A DNA stretch of 64,000 bases from positions 2,816,001 to 2,880,000 of the forward strand of contig OZ244034.1 of assembly GCA_965215185.1 (NCBI GenBank), given 5' to 3'. This document shows positions 1 through 9,542 of this stretch, one piece after another (within the stretch, counting starts at the first letter, position 1; every line of letters begins with the position of its first letter). A model generated the notes under the pieces. That model had not been told where the DNA came from. It saw nothing but the letters and a program-made list of their open reading frames with translations, and did not search any database. The stretch is from Acidimicrobiia bacterium. Its GTDB lineage: Bacteria; Actinomycetota; Acidimicrobiia; Spongiisociales; ZC4RG35. Position numbers and translations under genes: made by a program.

Positions 1-627
1 GAGGCGGTGGGGATGGGGGGAATATTCCGTCCCGAGCTAGTGGAGTCCAACGCCCGCATTCTGGCCAAGGTGCTTTCGGAGGATCACGTCAACTACGAAG
101 ACAAGCATTACCGGTTCGACAACGTGACCATCCGCCCGCGTCCTGCCGCTCCCATCCCCTTCTGGTACGGAGGCGCGACGCCTGCCTCGGCCCGTCGGGC
201 CGCCACCTATTGCAGCGGATGGATGCCGGGACGGATAACCCTTCCCACCATCGCCAAGCGGGTAACCCAGATGAGCAGGCTCACCGAAGAAAACGGGCGC
301 CCCATACCGACTGTGGCTTGCATTCCACCAACCAGCATCGGCGAGACCACCGAAGAGGCGATGGAGGGCACCTCACTGGAAGGCTTGCTCGCTTGGGCCA
401 ACTCCCGCGGCAAATGGTGGGTGAAGCCTGCATCGGGGCGGTTCGAGACTGCTGAGGACATAGAGGGATCACTGATCGCCGGTACCCCTGACGAGGTGGT
501 AGCTGCCACCGTCAAGTTTGCCGACGTAGGCGTGGATCACCTGGTCTACGACCTGCGGCTCTCCTTTGACCGGTGGCTTCAGAGTATCGAACTACTGGGC
601 AAGGAGGTCCTCCCCCGCCTGAGGTAG
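1..627 (+). CDS. LLM-class flavin/F420-dependent oxidoreductase (5'-truncated by window edge)
   Basis: Frame open from base 1; motifs 'PRPAAPIPFWYGG..SARRAA', 'IAGTPDEV', 'SIELLGKEVLPRLR' typical of the luciferase-like C-terminal half. Confidence 0.85.
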   Translation, partial: EAVGMGGIFRPELVESNARILAKVLSEDHVNYEDKHYRFDNVTIRPRPAAPIPFWYGGATPASARRAATYCSGWMPGRITLPTIAKRVTQMSRLTEENGRPIPTVACIPPTSIGETTEEAMEGTSLEGLLAWANSRGKWWVKPASGRFETAEDIEGSLIAGTPDEVVAATVKFADVGVDHLVYDLRLSFDRWLQSIELLGKEVLPRLR

Positions 628-653
628 CCTGGCCTCGCCCAAGCCACCGGCGT

Positions 654-1823
654 TCAGGTAGTCGGGCTTATCAGTTCGTAGGTCACGGTTTGGTCGTAAT
701 AGGTGGTGGAAACAATGCTGGTCGTGTCTCCGGTCTCGTCGGGGATGGTCATGTCGGTCGTGACTTCTCCCTGAACCTGGTAGTCGCCCTCCAACACCAG
801 TCCGGCTTGGGAGTCGAATCGGGTGACAGCGATGATGGTGCTCGGAGTGGCTCTTACCAATAGCTTTAGTTCCGAGATGGCCTCAAGGCCTTCCTGGGCT
901 TCTCCCTCGGAGAACTCGTCGGAGAACGCCCCGAAAAAGCCCTTCAGGAAGTCGCTCATATCCCATTCGAATCCTTCGGTCCGGTACTCGCTCTCCACTA
1001 CCAGGACGGTGCGCTCTGCTATTGTGTCAACTCCCACCAAGTGATGCTCGGCGTTGGTGACTATGGACCCCAAGCCAACCGGTCCCTCCTGTTCGATTCG
1101 CTCGCTCCATGTGTCCCCGATGCCTATCGGATAGTCGGGGAAGGCGGGGCCGAACGGTCTGTTCAGTTCCTGGCTTCCCATCGAGGCGCCGGACAGGAAG
1201 CTATCTCCACCGAAGAGGCCTTCCAGCGCCTCACTGGAAATCTCCAACACATTTCCCTGCTGATCAACCACCACGGTTATGTCGATCGGCGCCTCAAACC
1301 CTGGCGCCGTGCTTTCCCCGGGGTCAGGCATGGTTATTCCACCCATGGACATCTTGTTTTCGACCAGTTCAAAGTCGGAGAGGATGCGGATGCTGGTGGT
1401 GTCCTGTTCGGGGCCGGGACTGGTCTGGTAGTTGATTGTGCCCACCAGGGTGCTGGATATCTGGATGGGGCCAGGAGGCATTTGTTCTGGTGGTCCGCCT
1501 TCCAATGTCACGTCAGCCTGTTGCTGTACGGTGATATCGTATGCGATTTCACCGGAAGATGGATACCGGTAGGAGACCACCGTCGGCTCGAATGCCACGG
1601 CGGGGTCGGCAGCCGTGGTAGTGGTTTGGGGCGCGGCAGCGGTTGTCGTCGGGACAACGGTGGTACTGGTGGTGGTTTGAGGAGCGGCTGCTGTGGTTGC
1701 AGGTGCGGTGGTGGCCGTTTGATCTGGAGAGGAATCTCCCCCGCATGCGGCTGCCACCAAAGAAAACACGAACAACGCAAGGAGAGGTTTGCGATAGAAG
1801 AAACGACTATGTGTAGGCATCAT
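654..1823 (-). CDS. Uncharacterised lipoprotein with Thr/Ala/Pro-rich linker
   Basis: Signal peptide with lipobox 'LVAAAC', TTAAP-type linker, acidic domain; TACTGT -10-like hexamer 7 nt before the ATG. Confidence 0.8.
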   Translation of the reverse strand: MMPTHSRFFYRKPLLALFVFSLVAAACGGDSSPDQTATTAPATTAAAPQTTTSTTVVPTTTAAAPQTTTTAADPAVAFEPTVVSYRYPSSGEIAYDITVQQQADVTLEGGPPEQMPPGPIQISSTLVGTINYQTSPGPEQDTTSIRILSDFELVENKMSMGGITMPDPGESTAPGFEAPIDITVVVDQQGNVLEISSEALEGLFGGDSFLSGASMGSQELNRPFGPAFPDYPIGIGDTWSERIEQEGPVGLGSIVTNAEHHLVGVDTIAERTVLVVESEYRTEGFEWDMSDFLKGFFGAFSDEFSEGEAQEGLEAISELKLLVRATPSTIIAVTRFDSQAGLVLEGDYQVQGEVTTDMTIPDETGDTTSIVSTTYYDQTVTYELISPTT

Positions 1824-2046
1824 TGGCTAAACAGTAGGGGCGGTCGGGGCTTATGAGAGGGGGTTTGTGAGGCTCGGCTGTGACTATCGAAGCGGCGGCG
1901 TTTGTAGGGGTTGTGGTCGTCGCTGGGGTGTCCACAGTGGCGGTATCGGGGAGAGTGGCGGTTCCCGAGGAGGGATCTTCCCCACAGGCTGCTGCCGTTA
2001 TCAACAGCAAGGCTGTGACAAAGAGAAGGTGGGGCCGGTTGTTCAC
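1807..2046 (-). CDS. Short lipoprotein-like ORF (signal and linker only; possible truncated relic)
   Basis: GGAGG SD before GTG, lipobox 'ITAAAC', Thr-rich linker, no folded domain before the stop. Confidence 0.45.
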   Translation of the reverse strand: MNNRPHLLFVTALLLITAAACGEDPSSGTATLPDTATVDTPATTTTPTNAAASIVTAEPHKPPLISPDRPYCLANDAYT

Positions 2047-2149
2047 CGCCCTCCCCGATCCTAACCTTGTGCTATCAGATAAGTCGTTGTAACGTGGGCT
2101 AGGTGACAGGGCGATAGGTCGCCACCCTGAAGGGATTGACTCCTGGTTG

Positions 2150-2728
2150 TTAACCGAAGTAGTCAGGCTCCTGACCAGGTATCCACTTGATGTTGCATCC
2201 GATGGAGGGTTTCTGGACCTTTGCCACCTCGTGGTCGGCCAGTACGGCTTCCACCGCCGCCCGCAGGTCGCTTCCGGTCACCGGGACGGCATTCGAGGGC
2301 CGTGAGTCATCGAACTGGCCCCGGTAGACCAATGCCCGATCTGAGTCGAACACAAAGAAATCGGGTGTGCAGGCCGCCGTGTAGGACTTGGCCACTTCTT
2401 GGGTCTTGTCATACAGATAGGGAAAGGCGTATCCTTTCCGGCGGGCCATGGCGGCGAGCTTGTCCGGTGCATCGCCGGGATACTTATGAGCGTCATTGGC
2501 GCTGATGGCCACGATTGAAACGTCGGGTCCCCGGTAGTCATTGCCGAAAGCGACCAATCCGTCTTGGATGTGGATTACAAACGGGCAGTGGTTGCAGATG
2601 AACATCACCACCAAGGCTTTCCCGGTGCAGTCCGAGAGAGAGACCCTGCCTTTGGTCACCGTATCCGTCAGTGAGAAGTCGGGCGCTTGTGTTCCGAGAG
2701 GAAGCATGGTCGAGAGGGTGTCTACCAC
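2150..2728 (-). CDS. Thioredoxin-family (AhpC/TSA-like) protein
   Basis: 'STMLPLGTQAPDF', 'MFICNHCPFV', 'AACTPDFF', 'PSIGCNIKW'; GTG start chosen after GGAGA SD. Confidence 0.9.
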   Translation of the reverse strand: MVDTLSTMLPLGTQAPDFSLTDTVTKGRVSLSDCTGKALVVMFICNHCPFVIHIQDGLVAFGNDYRGPDVSIVAISANDAHKYPGDAPDKLAAMARRKGYAFPYLYDKTQEVAKSYTAACTPDFFVFDSDRALVYRGQFDDSRPSNAVPVTGSDLRAAVEAVLADHEVAKVQKPSIGCNIKWIPGQEPDYFG

Positions 2729-2802
2729 GGTATTTCTCCATTCTGTAATCATCGTTGAGTCTCAAGACCCAAGATTAGACCAGTGGGTAGCCTTGTAAGC
2801 CG

Positions 2803-3714
2803 ATGCCTGAACTTCCTGACATCGCCTTATATCTGCGGGCGCTGGAACCCCGCATAGTGGGCCAGCAGGTAAAGGGCTTTGCCGTCAAGTCCATGTCGGT
2901 CCTCCGCACTTACCACCCTCCTCACGACGCGGTGGTGGGAAGAACGGTGGTTGGCCTGCGGCGCATCGGAAAACTCATAGTGTGGGAATTTGACCAGGAA
3001 CAGCTCTTTTTGGTGATTCACTTGATGGTGGCCGGTCGGTTACGTTGGCATGATCGTTCAGGCGTCAAACCTCCGGGCAAGGTGGGGTTGGCCGCCTGGG
3101 ACTTTCCTGGATCCACTTTGGTGCTCACCGAGCAGGGATCAAAGCGACGGGCGGGGATATGGGCAATTTCGGGAGAGGAGAACCTGATGGCCGAGGACCG
3201 GGGAGGTCTGGAGCCCCTAGAAATCTCTTTCCAACAGTTCAGCGAGGCGATTCGTGGTAGAAACCACACCCTCAAGAGGGCCTTGACCAGCCAGAGCATT
3301 CTGTCGGGGATCGGCAATGCCTATTCGGACGAGATCCTGTGGGAGGCTCGGCTGTCACCGGTGAAGATGACCTCCCGGCTGGACGCTCGGGAGGCAGAGC
3401 GTCTGTATGAAGCGGTCCAAAGAGTGCTGTCGTCCTGGATAGAAAGATTGGCCGAAGAAACCGGGGAAAGGTGGCCCACCAAGGTGACCGCTTTTCGACC
3501 GGAGATGGCGGTGCACGGCAAGTTCGGAGATCCCTGTCCCCGCTGCGACAACCCGGTATAGAGGATTGTCTATGCCAGCAATGAGACCAACTATTGCGCC
3601 GCCTGCCAGACGGAAGGAAGGCTCCTGGCCGATCGCTCGCTTTCCCGGTTGCTCAAAAAGGATTGGCCCAAGACCTTGGAGGAGTTGGAGGAACATGTCC
3701 GCGGGCGTCCCTGA
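2803..3714 (+). pseudogene. Fpg/Nei-family DNA glycosylase interrupted by an in-frame TAG (3559-3561)
   Basis: N-terminal 'MPELP', 'HLMVAG', H2TH 'SGIGNAYSDEIL'; zinc finger CPRC..*..CAAC continues in frame after the TAG to TGA at 3714. Confidence 0.8.
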
Positions 3715-3766
3715 CCCAACAGCCCCCTCGATATTATGAGAAGTCAGTGACTAATGGAGGTGCAGA

Positions 3767-4663
3767 TTGTCCGTTCCTGTCCGATTGTCGGGCGTTACCA
3801 AGAGTTATGGCAAAGCCCGGGGGGTGATAGACCTCGACTTGGAAGTGCGGGCAGGAGAGGTCTTTGGATACCTCGGACCCAACGGCGCCGGCAAGACTAC
3901 CACCATCCGGATGCTGGTGGACCTGATCCGACCTCAACAGGGAAAGGTGGAGGTGTTGGGTGGTTCCCCCAGCGATCCCTCCATTAGGCGTCGGATCGGG
4001 TATTTGCCCGGGGAGGTCGAATTCTATGAACGGATGTTGGGTGGTGACTTCCTAACCTACCTTGGCAATTTGCGGGGCAAGGGCGGAGATGCCCGAGCCG
4101 AGGAACTCGCCGAGAGAGTCGATCTGGATCTCTCCAGGCGGATAGGAGATCTCTCCAAGGGAAACCGCCAGAAACTGGGACTGGTGCAGGCGTTGATGCA
4201 TCGACCCGAACTGGTGATACTGGATGAACCCACCTCCGGGCTCGACCCCTTGGTGCAACAGGAGGTATATCGGCTCATAGATGAGATCAAATCCGAAGGG
4301 GTCACCATCTTCTTTTCCTCCCACGTTCTTTCGGAGGTGGAAAGGGTGGCCGATCGGGTGGGAATCATCCGACAGGGGAAATTGGTAGAAGTGGAGGAAT
4401 TGGAAGCCTTTCGCCAAAGAGCGGTGCGCGCCTTCGAAGTGGTGTTCGAAGACTCGCCGTCTGCTGCCGAGTTCGAACAACTAGATGGGGTCCGCTCCGC
4501 CAGCGTGCATGGCAACATACTTCACTGCCAGGTAATCGGCAGTATCGACCCACTGGTCAAGGTCGTGGCAAGCCATACGGTTCGCAACCTGGTGAGCCAT
4601 GGCGCCGATCTGGAGGCCCTGTTTTTGGATTACTACCGAGGAGAGACTGAACGTGCTGAATAA
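3767..4663 (+). CDS. ABC exporter ATP-binding protein
   Basis: Walker A 'GPNGAGKT', 'LSKGNRQK', 'ILDEPTSGLDP', 'SSH'. Confidence 0.93.
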   Translation: MSVPVRLSGVTKSYGKARGVIDLDLEVRAGEVFGYLGPNGAGKTTTIRMLVDLIRPQQGKVEVLGGSPSDPSIRRRIGYLPGEVEFYERMLGGDFLTYLGNLRGKGGDARAEELAERVDLDLSRRIGDLSKGNRQKLGLVQALMHRPELVILDEPTSGLDPLVQQEVYRLIDEIKSEGVTIFFSSHVLSEVERVADRVGIIRQGKLVEVEELEAFRQRAVRAFEVVFEDSPSAAEFEQLDGVRSASVHGNILHCQVIGSIDPLVKVVASHTVRNLVSHGADLEALFLDYYRGETERAE

Positions 4664-5504
4664 CGTAACTCTGAAGACACTGCGGGACCGCCGCCGGTCG
4701 CTGCTTTGGTGGGTAGTGGGAATCTTCGCTTATCTGCTGGGGATTGGAGCGATCTATCCCTTTGTGGCGGAGAATCAGGAGCAGTTCGAGTCTCTCATAT
4801 CTGCATACCCCGAGGAGTTGTTGGCGATCATGGGCATAGGGGGAGACGAGAGTCTGTTTGATCCGGTGGGCTTCATGCAGGCAGAAGCCCTGGGGTGGAT
4901 CGTGCCACTGGTTTTTTCCATCTTCGGCGCAGTCCAAGGAGCCTGGGCTGTAGCGGGAGAAGAGGAGGCCGGCACCATTGATCTGGTGATGGCCACGCCC
5001 CTCTCCAGATCCGGCTTGGTTTGGCAAAAATGGCTGGCATTGGCGTTGACGGAAGTAGTGCTAGGCGCGGCGCTCTTTGCCTCTATAGCCGTGGACGGTT
5101 GGCTGTTTGAGGTTGACATTCCTCTGGGCAACATCGGCGCAGGCGCCTTAATGGCGGTGCTGTTGGGGGTGTTCTTTGGATCATTGGCCCTTGCTTTGGG
5201 GGCCCTCACCGGGCTTCGTAGTGTATCGGTGGGGGTGGTTACCTTTGTGGCGGCAGGTTCATATCTGCTCAATTCGCTGGGCAGTTTGGTGGAGAGCCTG
5301 GATGCTTTGAAGCCCTTTTCGCCCTTCTATTACTACAACACCTCCAATCCGCTTCGCAACGGTTTGGACTTTGAACATGCTCTGATTTTGGGGGGCCTGG
5401 CGGTGGTGTTTATGGGTATTGGTCTGCTGGCAGTGCGCCGTCGGGATTTGGGAGTGGGCGGCATGCGTCTTCCCATACCCCGACTCAGGAAGGCCTCCGG
5501 CTGA
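4653..5504 (+). CDS. ABC-2 type exporter permease
   Basis: Multiple TM helices, 'AGEEEAGTIDLVMATPLSR', 'SPFYYY'; GTG start overlaps the ATPase end. Confidence 0.88.
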   Translation: MLNNVTLKTLRDRRRSLLWWVVGIFAYLLGIGAIYPFVAENQEQFESLISAYPEELLAIMGIGGDESLFDPVGFMQAEALGWIVPLVFSIFGAVQGAWAVAGEEEAGTIDLVMATPLSRSGLVWQKWLALALTEVVLGAALFASIAVDGWLFEVDIPLGNIGAGALMAVLLGVFFGSLALALGALTGLRSVSVGVVTFVAAGSYLLNSLGSLVESLDALKPFSPFYYYNTSNPLRNGLDFEHALILGGLAVVFMGIGLLAVRRRDLGVGGMRLPIPRLRKASG

Positions 5505-5536
5505 GCAACCGCCACCTGTTGGAGGTGGTTTAGATC

Positions 5537-6727
5537 ATGTCGCGTTTCCCAGGAGGCGCGGACGGCGCCCGGCCTATCGACCTCGGTTCCCGCAACACCA
5601 ATCTTGATCTGATCCGGGGGGTGGCAGTACTGGGCATCCTGGTTATGAACGTTGTCTCCTATGGACTCGGCCCTGGTCCTTATTTCAACCTATCCGCGGG
5701 TGGCTCCGAGACCTGGTCCGATTGGCTGATCGGAGGATTCGGCGAGGTATTCGTTGACCAGAAGTTCATGGGCCTTTTCTCTGTGTTGTTCGGCGCCGGT
5801 ATCGCCCTGTTTTGTGACCGGGTCGCAAAGAGGACTCGGCGACCGGTTTCGCTCAGCCTGTGGCGCAACCTCCTGCTGCTGGGCATCGGCGTTCTTCACT
5901 ATCTGCTGTGGGAGGGGGACATTCTGATCGGCTACGCCTTGGTCTCCCCGCTCATAATCCTGTTGCGCAATCGTCGCCGGCGCACGCTGTTCATTCTGGG
6001 CGGGGCGATGGTATTGCTGTCACCGTTGTCTGCTGTCTTGTTCCAAGCCGCTCTTGTGGGCGACGGAAGCGGATTGGGAGCATTTTGGACCGCCACCGGG
6101 GAGATGACAAGCACGGCTCAGGCTTTTATCGTTATCGATTTCTTTTCCAGGGCGGTGGGAATGATGCTGCTCGGCGTGGGGCTTTACCGCAACGGGGTGA
6201 TAACCGGCGACCGCTCGATTGGCTTCTACCGGCGGGCGGCGGTGGTCGGCCTGGGTGTGGGGCTGCCCCTGGCGGCGATCGGCCTCGCCTGGGTGGCGGC
6301 AGACGGTTTTTCTCCTGGTGTAGCGTTGATTGGGACCATCCCCAACACCTTGGGTACTGTCCCGGCCGTGATAGGTTACGCCAGCCTCATCATCCTCTGG
6401 AATCGTCGATCAGAGACCTCGCTTCACCGGCGCCTGCGCTCTTGCGGGCGGATGGCGCTCACCAACTATCTGACCCAGACCGTCTTAGGTGTTTCGATCC
6501 TGCGCTGGATACTGGCCGACACGACTCTTACCCGAACCATGCTGGCCGGTTTTGTGATGGTGGTCTGGGCGCTGCAGCTCTGGTGGTCCCCGGCCTGGCT
6601 TGGCCGTTTCCGTTACGGTCCCGCCGAATGGCTATGGAGGGCCGCTACCTACTTGCGCCCTCAGCCCTGGCGATGGTCAGGCCCGCCCACTGGGGAGCAA
6701 ATCAAAGCCGGGCCAGTTCCTCGATAA
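5537..6727 (+). CDS. DUF418 (YeiB-like) membrane protein
   Basis: 'DLIRGVAVLGILVMN', 'KFMGLFSVLFG', 'GRMALTNYLTQ', 'FRYGPAEWLWR'. Confidence 0.9.
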   Translation: MSRFPGGADGARPIDLGSRNTNLDLIRGVAVLGILVMNVVSYGLGPGPYFNLSAGGSETWSDWLIGGFGEVFVDQKFMGLFSVLFGAGIALFCDRVAKRTRRPVSLSLWRNLLLLGIGVLHYLLWEGDILIGYALVSPLIILLRNRRRRTLFILGGAMVLLSPLSAVLFQAALVGDGSGLGAFWTATGEMTSTAQAFIVIDFFSRAVGMMLLGVGLYRNGVITGDRSIGFYRRAAVVGLGVGLPLAAIGLAWVAADGFSPGVALIGTIPNTLGTVPAVIGYASLIILWNRRSETSLHRRLRSCGRMALTNYLTQTVLGVSILRWILADTTLTRTMLAGFVMVVWALQLWWSPAWLGRFRYGPAEWLWRAATYLRPQPWRWSGPPTGEQIKAGPVPR

Positions 6728-7427
6728 GGGTTTGGCGAATGTGTTGGGCTAGCTGGCTGCCTTGGCGGCCTGCCCTTTTGTTGAGGGTGATCGGCGGTAG
6801 CACCTTCACGTTGACTGGCCCTCCTTTTATCAGAAACGACTGAGGGGGCCAGATAGCGCCGGTGCCCGAGATAACCACCGGTAGCACCGGACATCCCAAT
6901 TGAGCGGCGATATGAACGGCCCCGCTCTTGAAGGGAAGCATCTCTCCGGTGAGACTGCGGGTGCCTTCTGGGAAAACCACCAGGGATCTTCCATCGGCCA
7001 CCAGCGACCGCGCGCCGCGAATGATGGCGATCAATTCCTTACGGCCCATGGTGCGATCCAATGGGATCATTTGAGCTCCCCGCATGGCGGCTCCCAGCAG
7101 CGGGAATTCAAACACTTCCTTTTTGGATAAGAACCTGAGGGGAATGGGTAAGGCGGTAAGGAGGGTCATAATGTCGATGTTGGAGCGATGGTTGGCCACG
7201 ATTATGTAGGGCGTGTCCTTTTTGATGTTTTCAAGCCCGCTCACCTTCAGCCGCATCCCGGACATCAGTACCCAGATTCTTCCAAAGACGTTCAGAATGC
7301 GGTCGCTGAAGGGCCCCCCGCGTCGAAACGCCGCATGGATAACCACGGACAAAGCTACGCCCACGGTGGTGAGACCCGCGACCAGGTAGGTGATTACGCT
7401 GCGGAGGAAAGCAAAAGCCTTGCTCAT
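6702..7427 (-). CDS. plsC: 1-acyl-sn-glycerol-3-phosphate acyltransferase
   Basis: 'NHRSNID' (NHxxxxD), 'FPEGTRS', 'FKSGA'. Confidence 0.88.
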   Translation of the reverse strand: MSKAFAFLRSVITYLVAGLTTVGVALSVVIHAAFRRGGPFSDRILNVFGRIWVLMSGMRLKVSGLENIKKDTPYIIVANHRSNIDIMTLLTALPIPLRFLSKKEVFEFPLLGAAMRGAQMIPLDRTMGRKELIAIIRGARSLVADGRSLVVFPEGTRSLTGEMLPFKSGAVHIAAQLGCPVLPVVISGTGAIWPPQSFLIKGGPVNVKVLPPITLNKRAGRQGSQLAQHIRQTLIEELARL

Positions 7428-7459
7428 TAATCTAAGGCTAAACCTATGAGGCTGCTACC

Positions 7460-8059
7460 TTGCTCGGTGTGAGGTTTACAGAGATCAAAACCCGACTCCG
7501 GGCCGAGGCGCGTCGCCGGCCCGTGCCCACCCCGGGTGAGTCCCAGCAGGTGTGCAAACAGGTGTTTAACTGGCTGGGAGGGCTACGCCCGGTTCCTGCC
7601 CTCGTCTGGATGGCGATGCCCACCGAACTTGATCTCAGTCCGGTGGTGAAGGCGTCTCCGCAGATCGAGTGGCTAACCACCCGCACCCCGTCCTCCGGCC
7701 CACTTACCGTTCACCCCTATCGCTCCGAACGCGAAATGCACCGTTTTGGATTCCCCCAGCCTGTGGCTTCGGCCTTCCAAGTGGAGCCGACCCGAATCGA
7801 AGTGGCGTTGACGCCTGGGTTGATGTTCGACCGTGATGGTGGACGCCTCGGACGAGGAAAGGGGTATTACGACAGTCTGCTGGCGCGGCTCTCCCCAGGG
7901 GCCCTGCGGGTTGGGGTGACTCTGGAGCGGCTGATAGTAGAAAGCGTCCCCCAGGAACCGCACGATATTCGTATGACCCACCTCATCACCGATGGTGGGG
8001 TGCTGCAGATCCCTTTAGACGACTCCGACCGCCTCGACGATCCAGCGTCCTATCTCTGA
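7460..8059 (+). CDS. 5-formyltetrahydrofolate cyclo-ligase
   Basis: '[21 protein letters not shown]', 'EPHDIRM'; exact start uncertain (possibly GTG 7469). Confidence 0.9.
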   Translation: MLGVRFTEIKTRLRAEARRRPVPTPGESQQVCKQVFNWLGGLRPVPALVWMAMPTELDLSPVVKASPQIEWLTTRTPSSGPLTVHPYRSEREMHRFGFPQPVASAFQVEPTRIEVALTPGLMFDRDGGRLGRGKGYYDSLLARLSPGALRVGVTLERLIVESVPQEPHDIRMTHLITDGGVLQIPLDDSDRLDDPASYL

Positions 8060-9076
8060 GGTGGAGGCCCCCATCTCGGGTCCAGCCATGGCGCCTAATC
8101 CGGGCAGAACCCCAGCTGCCGCCTCTTCCACTTTTGCAGCCGCCACCTTTTCTCCAAGATAATCCAGGAGCATGGCGCTGGTGAACACTGCCGCCACCGG
8201 GTTGGCCCATCCCGTACCCACAATATCGGGAGCGCTGCCATGAACCGGTTCGAATAGAGAGGGATATTCGCCTGTGGGATTGAGATTGCCGCTGGCTGCT
8301 AAGCCGATGCCGCCTGCGATTGCTGCTCCCAGGTCGGTGAGGATGTCACCGAAAATGTTGTCGGTGACCATCACATCGAAACGCTGAGGAGTTTGGACCA
8401 GGTGTATGCATGCCGCGTCCGCATGTACGTAGTCGACCTCGACATCCGGGTAATCACGGGCCACCTCATCAGTGGTCCGTTGCCACAGATCTCCGGCGTA
8501 ATTCAGTACGTTGGTTTTGTGACACATGGTTAGCCGACGGTCTCGAGTCATGGCTCGATCGAAAGCGTATCGGATGATTCGTTCGGTGCCCCTCCGGGTG
8601 TTGACCGAGTTTTGATTGGCGATCTCGTGGGGGGTTCCCTTATGGAGGAACCCGCCGCTGCCCGAGTAGAGTCCTTCGGTGTTCTCTCTCATCACCTCTA
8701 GGTCGCAGTTTTGGGGCGTGAGTCCGGCAATGGCGCTGGGCACACCGGGGTAGAGCTTGACTGGCCGGAAATTGACATAGAGGTCGAAGTCGAATCGCAA
8801 CTTCAACAACAGTCCCCTTTCCAGGACGCCAGGCGGCACTTCGGGAGTTCCTACGGCACCCAACAATATGGCATCATGCGCGGCCAGCTCGGACTGCACA
8901 GAGTCGGGCAATACCTCTCCGGTCGACAGGTAGCGTCCACTGCCCAGGTCGTAGTGAGTGAAGTCGATCCTGAACCCGAATCGCTTGGCGGCTACCTCCA
9001 AGGAATCCACGGCGCAGGTGGTTACCTCCGGGCCGATGCCGTCCCCGCCGATTACTGCCAGTCGATATTCATTCAC
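8015..9076 (-). CDS. leuB: 3-isopropylmalate dehydrogenase
   Basis: 'GGDGIGPEV', 'RENTEG', 'HKTNV', 'NIFGDILTD', '[11 protein letters not shown]'; leu/ilv context. Confidence 0.93.
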   Translation of the reverse strand: MNEYRLAVIGGDGIGPEVTTCAVDSLEVAAKRFGFRIDFTHYDLGSGRYLSTGEVLPDSVQSELAAHDAILLGAVGTPEVPPGVLERGLLLKLRFDFDLYVNFRPVKLYPGVPSAIAGLTPQNCDLEVMRENTEGLYSGSGGFLHKGTPHEIANQNSVNTRRGTERIIRYAFDRAMTRDRRLTMCHKTNVLNYAGDLWQRTTDEVARDYPDVEVDYVHADAACIHLVQTPQRFDVMVTDNIFGDILTDLGAAIAGGIGLAASGNLNPTGEYPSLFEPVHGSAPDIVGTGWANPVAAVFTSAMLLDYLGEKVAAAKVEEAAAGVLPGLGAMAGPEMGASTSEIGRWIVEAVGVV

Positions 9077-9092
9077 AAGCAGATTATGGGAT

Positions 9093-9437
9093 CTACAGCA
9101 ATTCCTCGGCTATGTCGCCGAATATGCCTGGCTGGGAGGGCGTCTCTGAGAATCCGTAGACGACACTTCGCTTCTGGCGTCGGCGCCGAACTTTCCGCGG
9201 CCCATCTTCTCCGTCGGTAGGGGGGTCTGGATGATGACTGGTGAAGTTCAATTCGAGTCTCAACTCGTTGGCCAAAGCGATCAGGCTGGAAATTCGCATG
9301 TCCACAGCTCCGTTTTCGATACGAGAGATCTGAGCTTGGGTGAGCCCGGATCTCTGGCTCAGTTCTCGTTGACTGAGCCCCTGGCCGGTGCGTGCTTCCT
9401 GCAGTACCTTTGCTATACGCGAGTTTCCACTGCCCAT
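9093..9437 (-). CDS. XRE-family HTH regulator (HipB-like)
   Basis: '[29 protein letters not shown]' HTH_3 motif; start placed at MGSGN. Confidence 0.85.
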   Translation of the reverse strand: MGSGNSRIAKVLQEARTGQGLSQRELSQRSGLTQAQISRIENGAVDMRISSLIALANELRLELNFTSHHPDPPTDGEDGPRKVRRRRQKRSVVYGFSETPSQPGIFGDIAEELL

Positions 9438-9508
9438 ACCAATATAGGATAGCGTATACTTTTTGGCGGATCGCTGATGCGTCGACCCCAAACGCCCTTC
9501 GATACAGT

Positions 9509-9522
9509 TTGCGATATCGCAA
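9509..9522. promoter_or_regulatory. Perfect 14-bp palindrome TTGCGATATCGCAA, candidate operator
   Basis: Self-complementary, between the leuA stop and the XRE gene start. Confidence 0.4.
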
Positions 9523-9542
9523 TGAGGGTGGGGGCTGATGGG

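Noticed and set aside
3559-3561. Genome-wide TAG recoding or pyrrolysine
   Set aside because: Many genes here end in TAG at their expected C-termini (e.g. 627, 28214, 37278), and no pyl genes are visible
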